A stretch of 64,000 bases of DNA from Gammaproteobacteria bacterium (GTDB taxonomy: Bacteria; Pseudomonadota; Gammaproteobacteria; CBDBNL01; JAAOII01), in contig OZ242372.1 in NCBI GenBank assembly GCA_965209035.1, positions 736,001 to 800,000 of the forward strand, given 5' to 3'. The position numbers and the translations under genes were made by a program. This document shows positions 38,265-49,238 of this stretch, piece by piece. Below the pieces are notes generated by a model that was not told the DNA's origin, ran no database searches, and saw only the letters and a program-made list of their open reading frames with translations. The first letter of the stretch is position 1; each line of letters begins with the position of its first letter.

Positions 38265-39104
38265 CTATTTTGTTTTCTCTTTTTCGTCGGCGGGCGATGA
38301 TGTTGCCGGTTTTTCCGTTTTCTCTTTTTGTTGACCCGCTTCCGCATCCTCTGCAGGAGCCGAGTCTTTTACAGGTTCGGTTTCGGCAACTTTGGGTTTC
38401 TCGGAAGCCTTTATTTCCTCTTTTTGTTGACCCGCTTCCGCATCCACATCCCCTGCAGGAGCCGAGTCTTTTACAGGTTCGGTTTTGGCAACTTCGGGTT
38501 TCTCGGAAGCCTTTATTTCCTCTTTTTGTTGACCCGCTTCCGCATCCACATCCCCTGCAGGAGCCGAGTCTTTTACAGGTTCGGTTTTGGCAACTTCGGG
38601 TTTCTCGGAAGCGGCGGCAGTGGGTTCTACTTTTTCTTCCGACTCGGGCTTTTTGTCGGAAGAAGTTACGGGTTCGGAGGTTGTCGGTGCTTCTTCATTT
38701 GCCTCCCCCTCACTTGCGGGTGTTTCTCCCGTGTCCGAACCTGCGGCAGAATCCGTCTTAGCGTTTTCGGCCGCTATCTCACCCTGTTCTTTTTGTTCTT
38801 TCTCTTTTTTCTTGGTGCGACGATGTTTTTTCTCTCTCCCCAAGAGTTCGTCCGACTCACCGGTTTTTTTGAGTTTTTTAATCAGATTATCGACGGTTTC
38901 GGAAGGGAGGGCACCTCTGTCAACCCAATAATCCACTCTCTCACGATTCACCCTGATATACACTTCTTCCCCTTTGGCAAGGGGGTTATAAAAACCTAAC
39001 TTCTCAATAAAACGCCCGGCACATGCCCGGCGCCTATCCGCCAAATTAATATGGTAAAAAGGAACCTTATGTGCTCCTTGACGCGTCAAACGAATAACTA
39101 ACAT
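38265..39104 (-). CDS. rpsP: 30S ribosomal protein S16 with long acidic C-terminal extension
   Basis: MLVIRLTR.G....PFY, GRFIEKLGFYNP, GA.PSETV, then about 195 aa low-complexity tail. Confidence 0.95.
   Translation of the reverse strand: MLVIRLTRQGAHKVPFYHINLADRRRACAGRFIEKLGFYNPLAKGEEVYIRVNRERVDYWVDRGALPSETVDNLIKKLKKTGESDELLGREKKHRRTKKKEKEQKEQGEIAAENAKTDSAAGSDTGETPASEGEANEEAPTTSEPVTSSDKKPESEEKVEPTAAASEKPEVAKTEPVKDSAPAGDVDAEAGQQKEEIKASEKPEVAKTEPVKDSAPAGDVDAEAGQQKEEIKASEKPKVAETEPVKDSAPAEDAEAGQQKEKTEKPATSSPADEKEKTK
38320..38611. repeat. Three 102-bp (34-aa) tandem repeats in the rpsP tail
   Basis: TCGGAAGC recurs at 38401, 38503, 38605; unit SEKPEVAKTEPVKDSAPAGDVDAEAGQQKEEIKA. Confidence 0.95.
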
Positions 39105-39422
39105 TTGTTCATTATAAATAGAAAACCAATCATTTTTAGATTTTGAATAATGTTTTTTATCCTTACCCGTTACAAAAACCGGTAAGGAATTAAAAAACGT
39201 AAAATAACCAAGATATTTTTATCTCTTTGTGGTTAATTATAGATATGGCGGATACCAAAAAGCACTTATATTGTGCCAAATTCCGTAAAAATAGAACTTT
39301 TGCAAAAAAATTGTTCTAAAATGACTTTATGGCACCAAAAGCGGACTTTTCCGGAATTTTGAAGAGAGATCGCCCAAATAGTTTCAAGATTTCAAGATAG
39401 TAAAATACTTCTTTCGATAAAA
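39105..39422. promoter_or_regulatory. AT-rich divergent rpsP/guaB promoter region with hairpin at 39160-39188
   Basis: Divergent starts; TCCTTACC...GGTAAGGA inverted repeat upstream of rpsP. Confidence 0.45.
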
Positions 39423-40889
39423 ATGAAAATTAAGCAAGAAGCCTATACTTTTGACGATCTGCTGTTGTTACCGCGCTACTCGCAGGTGTTACCCAGGGAT
39501 GTGGATACCAGATCCCGTTTGACTTCTCAAATAGAACTCGGTATCCCCGTTCTTTCCGCGGCCATGGACACGGTGACCGAAGCAAACATGGCCATTGCAC
39601 TTGCAAAGGCCGGCGGTATCGGTGTCATTCATAAAAATATGAACATTGAAAAACAAACGGACGAAGCGCGCAAAGTTAAAAAACACGAAAGCGGGGTAGT
39701 GCGCAACCCCATTACCATCTCGCGGGATGCCACAATTGGTCAACTTCGTGAACTCACCGAAAAGCACGGTATTTCCGGTGTTCCCGTTGTGGAAAAAATG
39801 AATTCGAAAAGTTTGGCGGGGATTGTGACCGCCCGCGACACACGCTGCGAGGAAGACGATAACAAACCGGTTAAATCCGTCATGACCCCTCTAAAAAAAT
39901 TGGTAACCGCACCCAAAGGAATTGGCACCGAAGAGGCTCAAAAACTCATGCATCAAAACAGAATTGAAAAACTTCTGTTGGTCACGGACAACTCCACCCT
40001 GTGCGGAATGATGACATTAAAGGATATTCAATATGAAGAAAAATACCCGAATGCTTGTAAGGACGAAGACGGACGATTGCGCGTTGCCGCATCTATCGGC
40101 ACAGATCCCAAATCCATGGATCGCGCCCGGGCCCTGGCGGCGGTGGGGACGGATTTTCTTGTTCTGGACACGGCGCACGGTCATTCGCGCAAAGTAATCG
40201 ACATGATCAAATACTGCCGAAAGAACTTTCCTTCCACGGCCGTTATTGGCGGCAATATCGCCACAGGCGAGGCGGCCACGGATCTGGCAAAAGCCGGGGT
40301 TTCCGCGATCAAGGTTGGCATAGGCCCCGGCACCATTTGCACCACGCGAATCGTCACCGGTGTGGGTGTGCCTCAACTCACCGCGATTGCCGAAGCCCGG
40401 AGTGCCTTACGGAAAAAATTTCCGGAGGTGGGTATCATCGCCGACGGTGGCATTCGTTTTTCGGGAGACATGGTCAAGGCTCTTGCAGCCGGGGCACATG
40501 CTGTGATGTTGGGTAGCATCTTTGCCGGGACCAACGAAGCCCCCGGAGAGGTTGTTCTTTATCAAGGCAGATCCTATAAAAAGTATCGCGGTATGGGCTC
40601 CTTGGAAGCACTCAAAAAAGGATCGCGTGACCGATATTTTCAACAGCATCCGGAAAAACTTGTGCCGGAAGGTGTGGAAGGGATGGTGCCAAATCGCGGT
40701 GCCGTCAACCTGGTGATAGATCAGATTGTCGGAGGTCTCTGTTCGGCTATGGGTTATCTTGGTTGTAAGACGGTAAAAGAATTAACGGAAAATGCCGAGT
40801 TTGTCCGCGTCACCAAGGCGGGTATGCTGGAAAGCCATGTGCATGATGTTCGCATCACCAGCGAAGCGCCGAATTATCATCGCGAATGA
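39423..40889 (+). CDS. guaB: IMP dehydrogenase
   Basis: [12 protein letters not shown] pair, KVGIGPG.ICTTR, YRGMGS. Confidence 0.97.
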   Translation: MKIKQEAYTFDDLLLLPRYSQVLPRDVDTRSRLTSQIELGIPVLSAAMDTVTEANMAIALAKAGGIGVIHKNMNIEKQTDEARKVKKHESGVVRNPITISRDATIGQLRELTEKHGISGVPVVEKMNSKSLAGIVTARDTRCEEDDNKPVKSVMTPLKKLVTAPKGIGTEEAQKLMHQNRIEKLLLVTDNSTLCGMMTLKDIQYEEKYPNACKDEDGRLRVAASIGTDPKSMDRARALAAVGTDFLVLDTAHGHSRKVIDMIKYCRKNFPSTAVIGGNIATGEAATDLAKAGVSAIKVGIGPGTICTTRIVTGVGVPQLTAIAEARSALRKKFPEVGIIADGGIRFSGDMVKALAAGAHAVMLGSIFAGTNEAPGEVVLYQGRSYKKYRGMGSLEALKKGSRDRYFQQHPEKLVPEGVEGMVPNRGAVNLVIDQIVGGLCSAMGYLGCKTVKELTENAEFVRVTKAGMLESHVHDVRITSEAPNYHRE

Positions 40890-41515
40890 CCCGCCATCCA
40901 CACATACTTGTGACTTTCCTCGCCGAGAAACATCACTTCCTCTTCGGTTGATTCTCGGCCCAATACCGTGTTGCGGTGCGGGAAACGACCAAAACGCTTA
41001 ACAATATCACGATGTTCGCGTGCCATACTCAGACTTGATCTCACAAACTCGTATTGGTCCGCACCCGCGGCTGCGAGGAGTTTTTTAAAAAGAACCACCG
41101 ACTTTTCTTGCGAAGATATATTCTCACTGTGCATGAAGGGCAAATAACAAAAAACTCTTTCCGCCGTGTGCATTCTGACATCATAACTTTTTTCAAGGAC
41201 ATAGCCGGCAACTTCTTCGGCATGTGCCGTATATGCGAAAGCTCTCTCTTCACCCCTGAACATATTGCGCGGAAACTGATCAAATAACAGAATCAGCACC
41301 AAGCAGCCCTGGGCACTGTGTCGCCACTGCGGAAATTTTCCCGCAGCCGCGCTCTCCAACGCATGTGCATACTTATCGGCAATTTCCCCGTCCGTCTCGG
41401 GCGAATAATTGAACCATTTGTCCGTTATTTCCTGCGGCGGCATCTCCGCTTTCAGAGAGCCGAACCAAAAATGATGAACGGACTTCATCAAGGCCGTATC
41501 ATTATTATTTTGCAT
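40877..41515 (-). CDS. DUF924 family protein
   Basis: FWF, LFDQFPRNMFRG, F.YLPFMHSE, RFGRFPHRN..LGRES. Confidence 0.9.
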   Translation of the reverse strand: MQNNNDTALMKSVHHFWFGSLKAEMPPQEITDKWFNYSPETDGEIADKYAHALESAAAGKFPQWRHSAQGCLVLILLFDQFPRNMFRGEERAFAYTAHAEEVAGYVLEKSYDVRMHTAERVFCYLPFMHSENISSQEKSVVLFKKLLAAAGADQYEFVRSSLSMAREHRDIVKRFGRFPHRNTVLGRESTEEEVMFLGEESHKYVWMAGHSR

Positions 41516-41624
41516 CGCTTTATTTTATTTTTTGGCAACAGGTCTCTATTTCACCGCACATCTTTCTAATTGTAGGATATGCCGCGTTTGTTTGAAATGC
41601 GTGTATTTGTATTGCGTCTAATCG

Positions 41625-42461
41625 TTAAGAATTCAGTTGCAAGGCAATCACTTCAATCCAACCATCGTCCGGCCTTGGAAAAACGGACCCGTCCGAACCG
41701 AACATTTTTTCCAATTGATGCAAACTCAGATGCTCGGTAACCTCGCCGGGCAACAACGCAGTAATCCGCTCTTTGTTAAGGCACGTCGGTTGCCCCAGAC
41801 CGGTGCTACGTGAGATGATGTGAAACACTTCTGTTGGAATCGCACGCCTTGAAGGGTGAATATCCCGCCCGGGTAACAAATATTCCAGCAGGACTTGTTT
41901 CTTACCTTGGCCGAGAGAACAAAACCTATGCAGAACTTTTTGAATCTCGGCTTCTTTTAGATAGTAACTGATCCCTTCCATCACAAGAACGGAAGGGAGT
42001 TTTGCATCCCATCCTGCTTTTTTAATATCGGCAAAAGTTTTTTCCAAAGTAATATCGCCGGCGACAAACCGAATGGAGTCCGCCGCCTTGGCATCCAAAC
42101 TGCGGATCAATTTTTCTTTTTCCGGCAGATAACGAATATCCGTTTCAAAAATACGCAAGTCCTTATCACGATGCTTGTAATACAGATCAAGCCCCAACGG
42201 CGAGAAACCGGCGGCAAGAATGAGTATCTGGCAACCGGATGACTCGTTCAGCATTCTGTCCAAGCATGCCCCAATTCCAAGTTTACGATATTCAATCACC
42301 TTATGGTAGTGCGGCCAGACGGCATTACATTTTTTGTAAAGGAACTTGCCTTCGTCAAGTCGGACTTCGGCAAGGTAGTTACGACTGCCGACCGAGGAGT
42401 AAACCCGATTATCCCGTATCCAAAGAAGAACCAAGGCCGAACTGGCGGAGATATGTATCAT
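41625..42461 (-). CDS. Class I SAM methyltransferase, LCM (leucine carboxyl MT)-like
   Basis: QILILAAG, IFETD, FVAGDI, LVMEGISYYL. Likely start 42461 (ORF extends to 42533). Confidence 0.7.
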   Translation of the reverse strand: MIHISASSALVLLWIRDNRVYSSVGSRNYLAEVRLDEGKFLYKKCNAVWPHYHKVIEYRKLGIGACLDRMLNESSGCQILILAAGFSPLGLDLYYKHRDKDLRIFETDIRYLPEKEKLIRSLDAKAADSIRFVAGDITLEKTFADIKKAGWDAKLPSVLVMEGISYYLKEAEIQKVLHRFCSLGQGKKQVLLEYLLPGRDIHPSRRAIPTEVFHIISRSTGLGQPTCLNKERITALLPGEVTEHLSLHQLEKMFGSDGSVFPRPDDGWIEVIALQLNS

Positions 42462-42731
42462 ATTCCAAGCCCCGGATCCAAACGAAAACGCGGCTGCCGG
42501 TAAGGCGGTACATAAAGATCCGCAAACACCCAATAGGAAAGAAAGTTAGTGCAAAGAACAAACATCTTGATAAGATTTTACCCAATTGATTAAAAAATTC
42601 ACCGGTAACCGCGGGCGTCCAAATGCAAGTAGCGATAAAAACACCTACTTTGCTCCCTTCTCTTTGGAAGTATTTTTTTAATGTGATATAATGAAATTCT
42701 TGTTATAAAACTTAATCCATTATTACATTAT

Positions 42732-43361
42732 TTGAATATTATGAAAACAAATCTATTAACAGTATGGTGTGTTGCGTTAGCAGCCGCCCTGGCAATGCTT
42801 GTCACAGGGTGTGCCGGCAAACAAGTCAAGGAGCAGACTTTGGAAGAAGTCAGCCACATAGACGAATGCTTTTACCCGGATGTGCCCGATAAAAAAGCCC
42901 CTCTGTGGGTATGCGGTGCGCCAATAGAAGGCCTGGCAATGCACGCGGTGGGTATAGCGGAACATTCACAGGCAGGTTTTGGCTTCATGCGTCAACTTGC
43001 CGCAACCGATGCCAGAACTCAGATGGCACAACAGATGCAAGTGCAGGTACAAAACATGATTAAGTCCTTCGTGGAAACTACGGGACAGGGCGACACAGAA
43101 ACAGTCGACAGGGTAAATACTCTGGTGACAAAACAGATTACGGACGAAAGTCTTGTGGGCAGCCGAGTCATTCGCTACATTTCAAGTCCGAATGAAACTT
43201 TGTATGTTTTGGTCGGCATGGATGAAGCGTCTGTTCGTCAATCCGCCCAAGATGCAGTAAGCAGCAGTGTGCGCGACGATAGCGCGGCCTGGCAGCAATT
43301 CCAAGCCGACAGAGGGCAGGAAGATCTGGCAAACAGTATTGCCAATCAACCCCTTAACTAA
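42732..43361 (+). CDS. LPP20-family lipoprotein
   Basis: Lipobox VTGC; AP.WVC, AVG.A, A..DAR..MA, LVGSR. Confidence 0.75.
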   Translation: MNIMKTNLLTVWCVALAAALAMLVTGCAGKQVKEQTLEEVSHIDECFYPDVPDKKAPLWVCGAPIEGLAMHAVGIAEHSQAGFGFMRQLAATDARTQMAQQMQVQVQNMIKSFVETTGQGDTETVDRVNTLVTKQITDESLVGSRVIRYISSPNETLYVLVGMDEASVRQSAQDAVSSSVRDDSAAWQQFQADRGQEDLANSIANQPLN

Positions 43362-43461
43362 ACATTGCATTGATTGTATGATGCAAGCAAGGAAGGCATG
43401 TTGCGCAGCGGTATTAATGAAACTCTGCCCGATTCTTCTTCCTTTTTAATAATAATTAGCC

Positions 43462-44535
43462 TTGCTTAAGGAACCGAAACAAACATATATCGGCACGGAC
43501 CAAGTCATTCAAAGACAAAGAGTGCCGGAACATCTTGCGGGCCTGCGAGTTACACCTCCCTTATCGCAAGAAAGAAAAACTCTTTTGCAAAAAGAAATTA
43601 AACGGGTTATTAAAAAGAAAAATGCCGTCCTGATCGCACACTACTATGTGGATGAGGATTTACAGAAATTATCCGAAGAAACGGGCGGTTTTGTCGGCGA
43701 TTCTTTGGAAATGGCTCGCTTTGGCAAAAATCACCCTGCGGACATTCTTATCATTGCCGGGGTTAAGTTCATGGGCGAAACGGCGCAAATTCTCAGCCCG
43801 GACAAGACGGTCCTGATGCCCACTTTGGATGCCACCTGCTCTTTGGATTTGGGGTGTCCGGCCGAAGAGTTCAACGCTTTTTGTGAAGAGCATCCGGACA
43901 GAACCGTCATCGTCTATGCCAACACCTCGGCAGCCGTCAAAGCAAGAGCGGACTGGGTGGCGACTTCGTCAATTGCCATCAGTCTGGCAGAGCATCTGCA
44001 CGACCGCGGCGAAAAAATTCTGTGGGCACCGGATAAGTATCTGGGCAACTATATCGCACGCACAACGGGTGCCGATCTGCTATGCTGGAACAGTGCCTGC
44101 ATTGTTCACGAAGAATTCAAAGCACAGGGAATCAAGCGTCTTCTCAATGTGTATCCGCAAGCCGCTGTTTTGGTGCATCCCGAATCACCTCCGCCTGTCA
44201 TTGAAATGGCGGACAGGGTGGGTTCCACTTCTCAGCTGATTGCCGCAGTCAACGAACTGCCAAACGATACTTTTATCGTCGCCACAGATCGCGGGATATT
44301 CTACAAGATGCGGCAACAGGCGCCGAATAAACAACTGATCGCCGCACCGACAGCCGGCAAGGGTGCCACATGCCGAAGTTGCGCCCATTGCCCCTGGATG
44401 GCAATGAACGATTTGGAACGACTGGCGCAGTCTATCGAGGAAGAAACCAACAGAATTGACGTTCCCAAAGCACTTGCCCAAAAAGCGATCCTGCCGCTGC
44501 AACGCATGCTGCGATTTCGCCAAAAATACCACTAA
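43462..44535 (+). CDS. nadA: Quinolinate synthase
   Basis: AHYY, DSLEMA, GV.FMGE, CSLD, C.VHEEF, HPES, CPWM. Confidence 0.96.
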   Translation: MLKEPKQTYIGTDQVIQRQRVPEHLAGLRVTPPLSQERKTLLQKEIKRVIKKKNAVLIAHYYVDEDLQKLSEETGGFVGDSLEMARFGKNHPADILIIAGVKFMGETAQILSPDKTVLMPTLDATCSLDLGCPAEEFNAFCEEHPDRTVIVYANTSAAVKARADWVATSSIAISLAEHLHDRGEKILWAPDKYLGNYIARTTGADLLCWNSACIVHEEFKAQGIKRLLNVYPQAAVLVHPESPPPVIEMADRVGSTSQLIAAVNELPNDTFIVATDRGIFYKMRQQAPNKQLIAAPTAGKGATCRSCAHCPWMAMNDLERLAQSIEEETNRIDVPKALAQKAILPLQRMLRFRQKYH

Positions 44536-44571
44536 AAGCGCACATCTCACCCACGCACATAACAGACTGCG

Positions 44572-45153
44572 ATGTCTGAAATAGCAATTATTCTGCTCAG
44601 CACTGTTTTAGTGAACAATTTTGTTTTAACACAGTTTCTGGGTTTATGCCCCTTCATGGGGGTTTCGTCCAAGTTTGCAAACACCCTGAGTATGTCCGCG
44701 GCTACTTCGTTTGTTCTGACGCTCTCCGCAGCCGCCGCTTATCTTATTTATCATTACATTCTCGTCCCTCTCAATGCCGAGTTCATGCGAACAGTCGTCT
44801 TAATTATGGTCATTGCCGCCCTGGTTCAACTGACGGAGATGATTATCCGGCGAGTGAGCCCATTAATGTACCGAGTTCTGGGAATTTTCTTGCCTCTCAT
44901 CACTTCCAATTGTGCCGTGCTGGGTGTCGCCCTGCTCACCTTAACTCGCACGGATTCATTTACCGATGCTTTGTTTTATGGCTTTGGCGCCTCTCTCGGC
45001 TTCTCTTTGGTTCTCATTCTTTTTTCCGCATTGCGCGAAAAAATGGCACTGGCGGATATCCCCAAGCCGCTGCGAGGCACCGCGATTGCCATGATCACGG
45101 CCGGGCTGATCAGTATGATCTTCATGGGATTTGACGGACTGGTCAAATCTTAA
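44572..45153 (+). CDS. rnfA: Rnf/Rsx electron transport subunit A
   Basis: [32 protein letters not shown]. Confidence 0.92.
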   Translation: MSEIAIILLSTVLVNNFVLTQFLGLCPFMGVSSKFANTLSMSAATSFVLTLSAAAAYLIYHYILVPLNAEFMRTVVLIMVIAALVQLTEMIIRRVSPLMYRVLGIFLPLITSNCAVLGVALLTLTRTDSFTDALFYGFGASLGFSLVLILFSALREKMALADIPKPLRGTAIAMITAGLISMIFMGFDGLVKS

Positions 45154-45182
45154 AAGATCCCGGGCGAGGTTAAAAAGCCTCT

Positions 45183-46394
45183 CTAAGAAATAACATTAAA
45201 CCGCAGGGTCCCTTCCGCGCCGGCTAAACGCTCGGTTAACCGTTTGCCGTAATTTTTGTCAATGTCGGAAATAACATAGCCCAGCAACTCGTTTGTTTTA
45301 AGATGCTGAGCAAGAATATTACAGTTGTTCTCGGCAAAGATGCCGTTAATCCGTGCTAGCATGCCGGGCACATTTTTATGAATATGGAGCATCCTGTGTG
45401 TACCGCGCACAGGCGTCAATCGGACATTTGGCAGGTTGACGCTGCCAAAACTGCTCCCGGTAGACAAATAGTCTATTAAGATATCGGGCACATACTCGCC
45501 AATGGCTTGTTGTGCCTGCTCCGTGCTACCGCCTATATGAGGTGTCAGTAAAACATTTGACAGGTTTCGCAAGGGCGATTTGAAAGAGCCGAGGCTCTTG
45601 GACGGCTCATCCGGAAAAGCATCCATGGCCGCACCCGCCAAATGTTCGGCAGCAAGAGCCGCTACAAGCGCAGCCGTATCCACAAGCATCCCCCTTGAGA
45701 TGTTCAATAACAGAGATCCTTTTTTCATCATCGCGATTTCTTTTTTGCCAATGATCCGAATATTGTCTTTGCCTCCGTCCACATGCAGGGTAACAACATC
45801 CGCCAGTCGCAGCAATTCGGTCAAACTGCGACATTTGCGGGCATTGCCATGGGCAAGCCTTTCCGCCAGGTCATAGTAAACCACGCGCATCCCCAGGGCT
45901 TCCGCCAATATGGAAAGTTGCGAGCCCACATTGCCGTAACCGACAATACCGAGCGTCTTGCCGCGCACTTCCTGTGCCCCCGCACTCTTTTTATTCCATT
46001 TGCCGTTATGCATTTCACGATTGCGATCTCCACTCTGACGCATCAAAGCAAAAATCTGCCCCAAGGTCAGTTCCACCACGCTTCGGGTATTGGCATAGGG
46101 GGCATTAAAAACGGCGACCCCCATTTCTGAGGCGGCCGAAATGTCTATTTGATTCACCCCGACACCAAAGGCACCGATTGCTTGTAAGCACGGAGCCTGC
46201 CGCAACAACTCGGCCGTCAGTTTCGTTTTGGAGCGAATTCCCAAAACGGTCGTATCCGCCAGCATGGAAGCCGGGTTCTTGATAGGCAAGTTATCGGCTG
46301 TGCTGACTTGAAGACCCGCCGCCTCAAAGCGAGTTTTTGCAACCGGATGAATCTTATCCAGCAACAACACTTTTTCTTTTTTTATCTTATGCAT
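45183..46394 (-). CDS. serA: D-3-phosphoglycerate dehydrogenase
   Basis: GIRS.T, FNAPY.NTRSV.EL, GIVGYGNVG, TPHIGGST, ACT domain HKNVPG. Confidence 0.95.
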   Translation of the reverse strand: MHKIKKEKVLLLDKIHPVAKTRFEAAGLQVSTADNLPIKNPASMLADTTVLGIRSKTKLTAELLRQAPCLQAIGAFGVGVNQIDISAASEMGVAVFNAPYANTRSVVELTLGQIFALMRQSGDRNREMHNGKWNKKSAGAQEVRGKTLGIVGYGNVGSQLSILAEALGMRVVYYDLAERLAHGNARKCRSLTELLRLADVVTLHVDGGKDNIRIIGKKEIAMMKKGSLLLNISRGMLVDTAALVAALAAEHLAGAAMDAFPDEPSKSLGSFKSPLRNLSNVLLTPHIGGSTEQAQQAIGEYVPDILIDYLSTGSSFGSVNLPNVRLTPVRGTHRMLHIHKNVPGMLARINGIFAENNCNILAQHLKTNELLGYVISDIDKNYGKRLTERLAGAEGTLRFNVIS

Positions 46395-46441
46395 TTTCGT
46401 TTTGCATTTGCATTATTAAGTTTTAAATTTTATGGTATCTC

Positions 46442-47230
46442 TTATCCGCCCGACTTACCCCGCTTACCTCGATTCCCCCGCTTACCCGGTATTGTTTCGG
46501 TTATCCGCGGATGCGGGGCATTGCATTGTTCAATAAAGTGAAAAAATTCCTCCATAAATTCTTCAATGCTGCTTACCTCAACATCCGCAGATGCCACAAC
46601 TTCCGGCCGGCGAACATTTTCCGTGAATACACAAAAAAAATCCGCCAGACCCTCCGCGCGAATCTCGTAATCCGTAAACCCATCTCCAAGCACCACCGTC
46701 CGGGAGTCTTTATGTTGTTTCAAATCCGGCAAACTCCGCATCAATTCCGGCTTGCCACCCACCCGCGACAGCGGGTTATCTTTGTCATAACCGGTTACCT
46801 TGCCGGCACGGTCAAAAAGAAACCGGTTTGCATAGGTCCGACAGCGCATTAAACCGCAGGTTTCCAATACAGGCCCCATGTAATCAATAAACCCGCCGGA
46901 AACAACAACAATTCGTTTTGCGTTTTGACGAAAAAAATTGAGATTACGTCGGACGGAAGTACTTAAAAGAGAAGGCAATCGTCCCGCCAATTCGTTGATA
47001 TGCGCGCGTTCAATGCTAAGCAGCGACAAACGCTCGGCAAGTGCTTTGCCGAAATCCAGTTCACCCGCCATAGATTTTTGAGTGACAGATTCTATGCGTT
47101 GTAAAGTCCTATTCCGAACTGTAGCGGACGCATCTTGCAAAGAAATCTCGGCAAGAAGTTCCAAACTTTCAACCTTCACCAAAGTGCTGTCAAAATCCAG
47201 AACAATAACAGGGATATTTTTATCCGTCAC
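46442..47230 (-). CDS. HAD-IB phosphatase, phosphoserine phosphatase-like
   Basis: DFDST, VSGGF, K, GDG.TD; adjacent to serA. Confidence 0.85.
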   Translation of the reverse strand: MTDKNIPVIVLDFDSTLVKVESLELLAEISLQDASATVRNRTLQRIESVTQKSMAGELDFGKALAERLSLLSIERAHINELAGRLPSLLSTSVRRNLNFFRQNAKRIVVVSGGFIDYMGPVLETCGLMRCRTYANRFLFDRAGKVTGYDKDNPLSRVGGKPELMRSLPDLKQHKDSRTVVLGDGFTDYEIRAEGLADFFCVFTENVRRPEVVASADVEVSSIEEFMEEFFHFIEQCNAPHPRITETIPGKRGNRGKRGKSGG

Positions 47231-47276
47231 CGGATATTAATAAAAAGAACTCTTACTCAGTATCGCAAGCAAACCG

Positions 47277-49238
47277 TTACATTAACAGAGAATCCGTCAT
47301 AACTTCCACCAAAGCAAATCCTTTGTGGTTCATTGCTTTCTCAAAAGCCGCATCCAATTCCTCTTGCTTTTCCACCCGCAAGCCCAAGCCGCCGCAATTG
47401 GTCGTGAATTCGGAAAAGTTCGGATTGTGCAAACTCGTTTGCCACACATCGAAGTTTGCCACTCTCTGTTCCTTACTAATCTTACCCAACTCCTTATTAT
47501 GCAAAAGAATGTGTGTGATATTCATATCATACTTAACGGCTGTGGTAATCTCCGCCAAAAACTGTCCCAGACCGCCGTCGCCGGAAACAGAAACCACCTT
47601 GCGTCCCTTAAAAGCCGGATCCTCTTCGCCGGTCGCCACCCATGCCCCCATGGCGGCAGGCAAGGCAAAACCGATGGAACCCAGGTAACCGGACATCAGC
47701 ACCGCCTGCTGATCGCATTCAAAATACCGACCAAAAGAGTAGGTGTTGTTTCCAACATCTACGGCGATAATGGCATCCGCGGGTGTCCGCCGCGCCAATC
47801 TGTCAAACAGAACGGCGGAATTAATGCCTTTGCCGGCATCGTCTTGCATACGCTTCTCTTTTTCGGCACGCCATAGTCTCCACCGTTCTTTAATCTGTTC
47901 TTGCCGATCCTCCTTGACAACTCCCGCAAGTTCCTTGGCAAGAATGTCGGCGGTGATTTCTATTTCTCCCCAGACGGGAATATCTACGGGATGGAACTTA
48001 CCAAGTGCCATCACATCATAGTCCACCTGAATGAGTTTCTTTTTGGTCGTGATCCCCGTATGATTGCTAAAACTTGCTCCGAAAACTAAAATAGTGTCGC
48101 ACTCGTTCATAAACCAACTGGCAATGGGAGTCCCGCTGCGCCCAAGCACCCCGCAAGCCAGAGGATGCGCATCGGAAATAACTCCTTTGCCCTTAAAGGT
48201 TGTCAATACCGGGACATTCAATTGCTCCGCCAGATTCAAGATACTATTCATCGCAAAGCGCGCCCCATGCCCGCATATGATCACCGGCCTTTTGGACTGC
48301 TTCAATGTGGCCACGGCCTGCCGCACCGAATCCGCCGCCGGTGTGATAGCACGGTTGCCCAGCCTCCCGACCGGCGAGCCCGCCTTCGCGTTCTCATCCG
48401 CTGCGAGAGTTTGCACCTGATCCGGAAAAATCAGGTGGGAAACATTACGATTCAAGATGGCACTTTTACATGCCAAGTTCACCAATTCGGCGTGCTTACT
48501 TGAAGGAAGAACTTGCTGACTAAACCCCGCCACCTGACCGAATGCGGCTTGCAAATCGATCTCTTGAAAAGCACCGGGGCCGAGAAACTGTGTTTCCACT
48601 TGCCCGGACAATGCGATCACGGGGGCCCTGTCCACATGCGCATCCCAAAGTCCTGTGAGAAGATTAGTAGAGCCGGGGCCCGCAATCGCCAAACAGGCAA
48701 TCGGACGCCCGGTTAATTTTGCATAACCGGAACAGGCAAAAGCGGCCGCCCCCTCGTGCCGGATACCGAAGTAGCGCATGTCGCCTTCTTCGCATTTGCG
48801 CCGCACCGCATCCGCCAATCCCAAATTGGAGTGCCCCACCATACCGAACACCGCTTTGATACCCCAGTTCACCAAAGTATCCGCCATCACATCGCTCACG
48901 GTCACCGGACGGGCTTCTTCCTCTTCCAAACAAACATAAACCCCGTCTGCGCGATCTTCCACCGTATAGGTCGGAACGCCGTCATCATGCGAACCGGGCG
49001 AGCGGCCCGTGTGCGGATGAAAATCCCAGCCGTGCCAGGGACAACGCAACCAGCCATCTTCGATGGAACCTTCTCCCAAGGGACCTCCCTGGTGCGGGCA
49101 TTTATTATCCATAGCCCCGTACTTACCCGCATACTTTGTCAGGCAAAGTGTTTTTCTGCCGCAGGCAACGGATGTCACACGGTTTTCACCAAGTTCGTCC
49201 TTGGCAAGAACCTTATACCATTTTTTGTTCTTGTTCAT
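47277..49238 (-). CDS. Rieske domain-fused thiamine pyrophosphate enzyme (pyruvate oxidase/ALS family)
   Basis: CPHQG...CPWHG; RHEGAAAF, GPG.TN; SGDGG...HN TPP motif. Confidence 0.88.
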   Translation of the reverse strand: MNKNKKWYKVLAKDELGENRVTSVACGRKTLCLTKYAGKYGAMDNKCPHQGGPLGEGSIEDGWLRCPWHGWDFHPHTGRSPGSHDDGVPTYTVEDRADGVYVCLEEEEARPVTVSDVMADTLVNWGIKAVFGMVGHSNLGLADAVRRKCEEGDMRYFGIRHEGAAAFACSGYAKLTGRPIACLAIAGPGSTNLLTGLWDAHVDRAPVIALSGQVETQFLGPGAFQEIDLQAAFGQVAGFSQQVLPSSKHAELVNLACKSAILNRNVSHLIFPDQVQTLAADENAKAGSPVGRLGNRAITPAADSVRQAVATLKQSKRPVIICGHGARFAMNSILNLAEQLNVPVLTTFKGKGVISDAHPLACGVLGRSGTPIASWFMNECDTILVFGASFSNHTGITTKKKLIQVDYDVMALGKFHPVDIPVWGEIEITADILAKELAGVVKEDRQEQIKERWRLWRAEKEKRMQDDAGKGINSAVLFDRLARRTPADAIIAVDVGNNTYSFGRYFECDQQAVLMSGYLGSIGFALPAAMGAWVATGEEDPAFKGRKVVSVSGDGGLGQFLAEITTAVKYDMNITHILLHNKELGKISKEQRVANFDVWQTSLHNPNFSEFTTNCGGLGLRVEKQEELDAAFEKAMNHKGFALVEVMTDSLLM

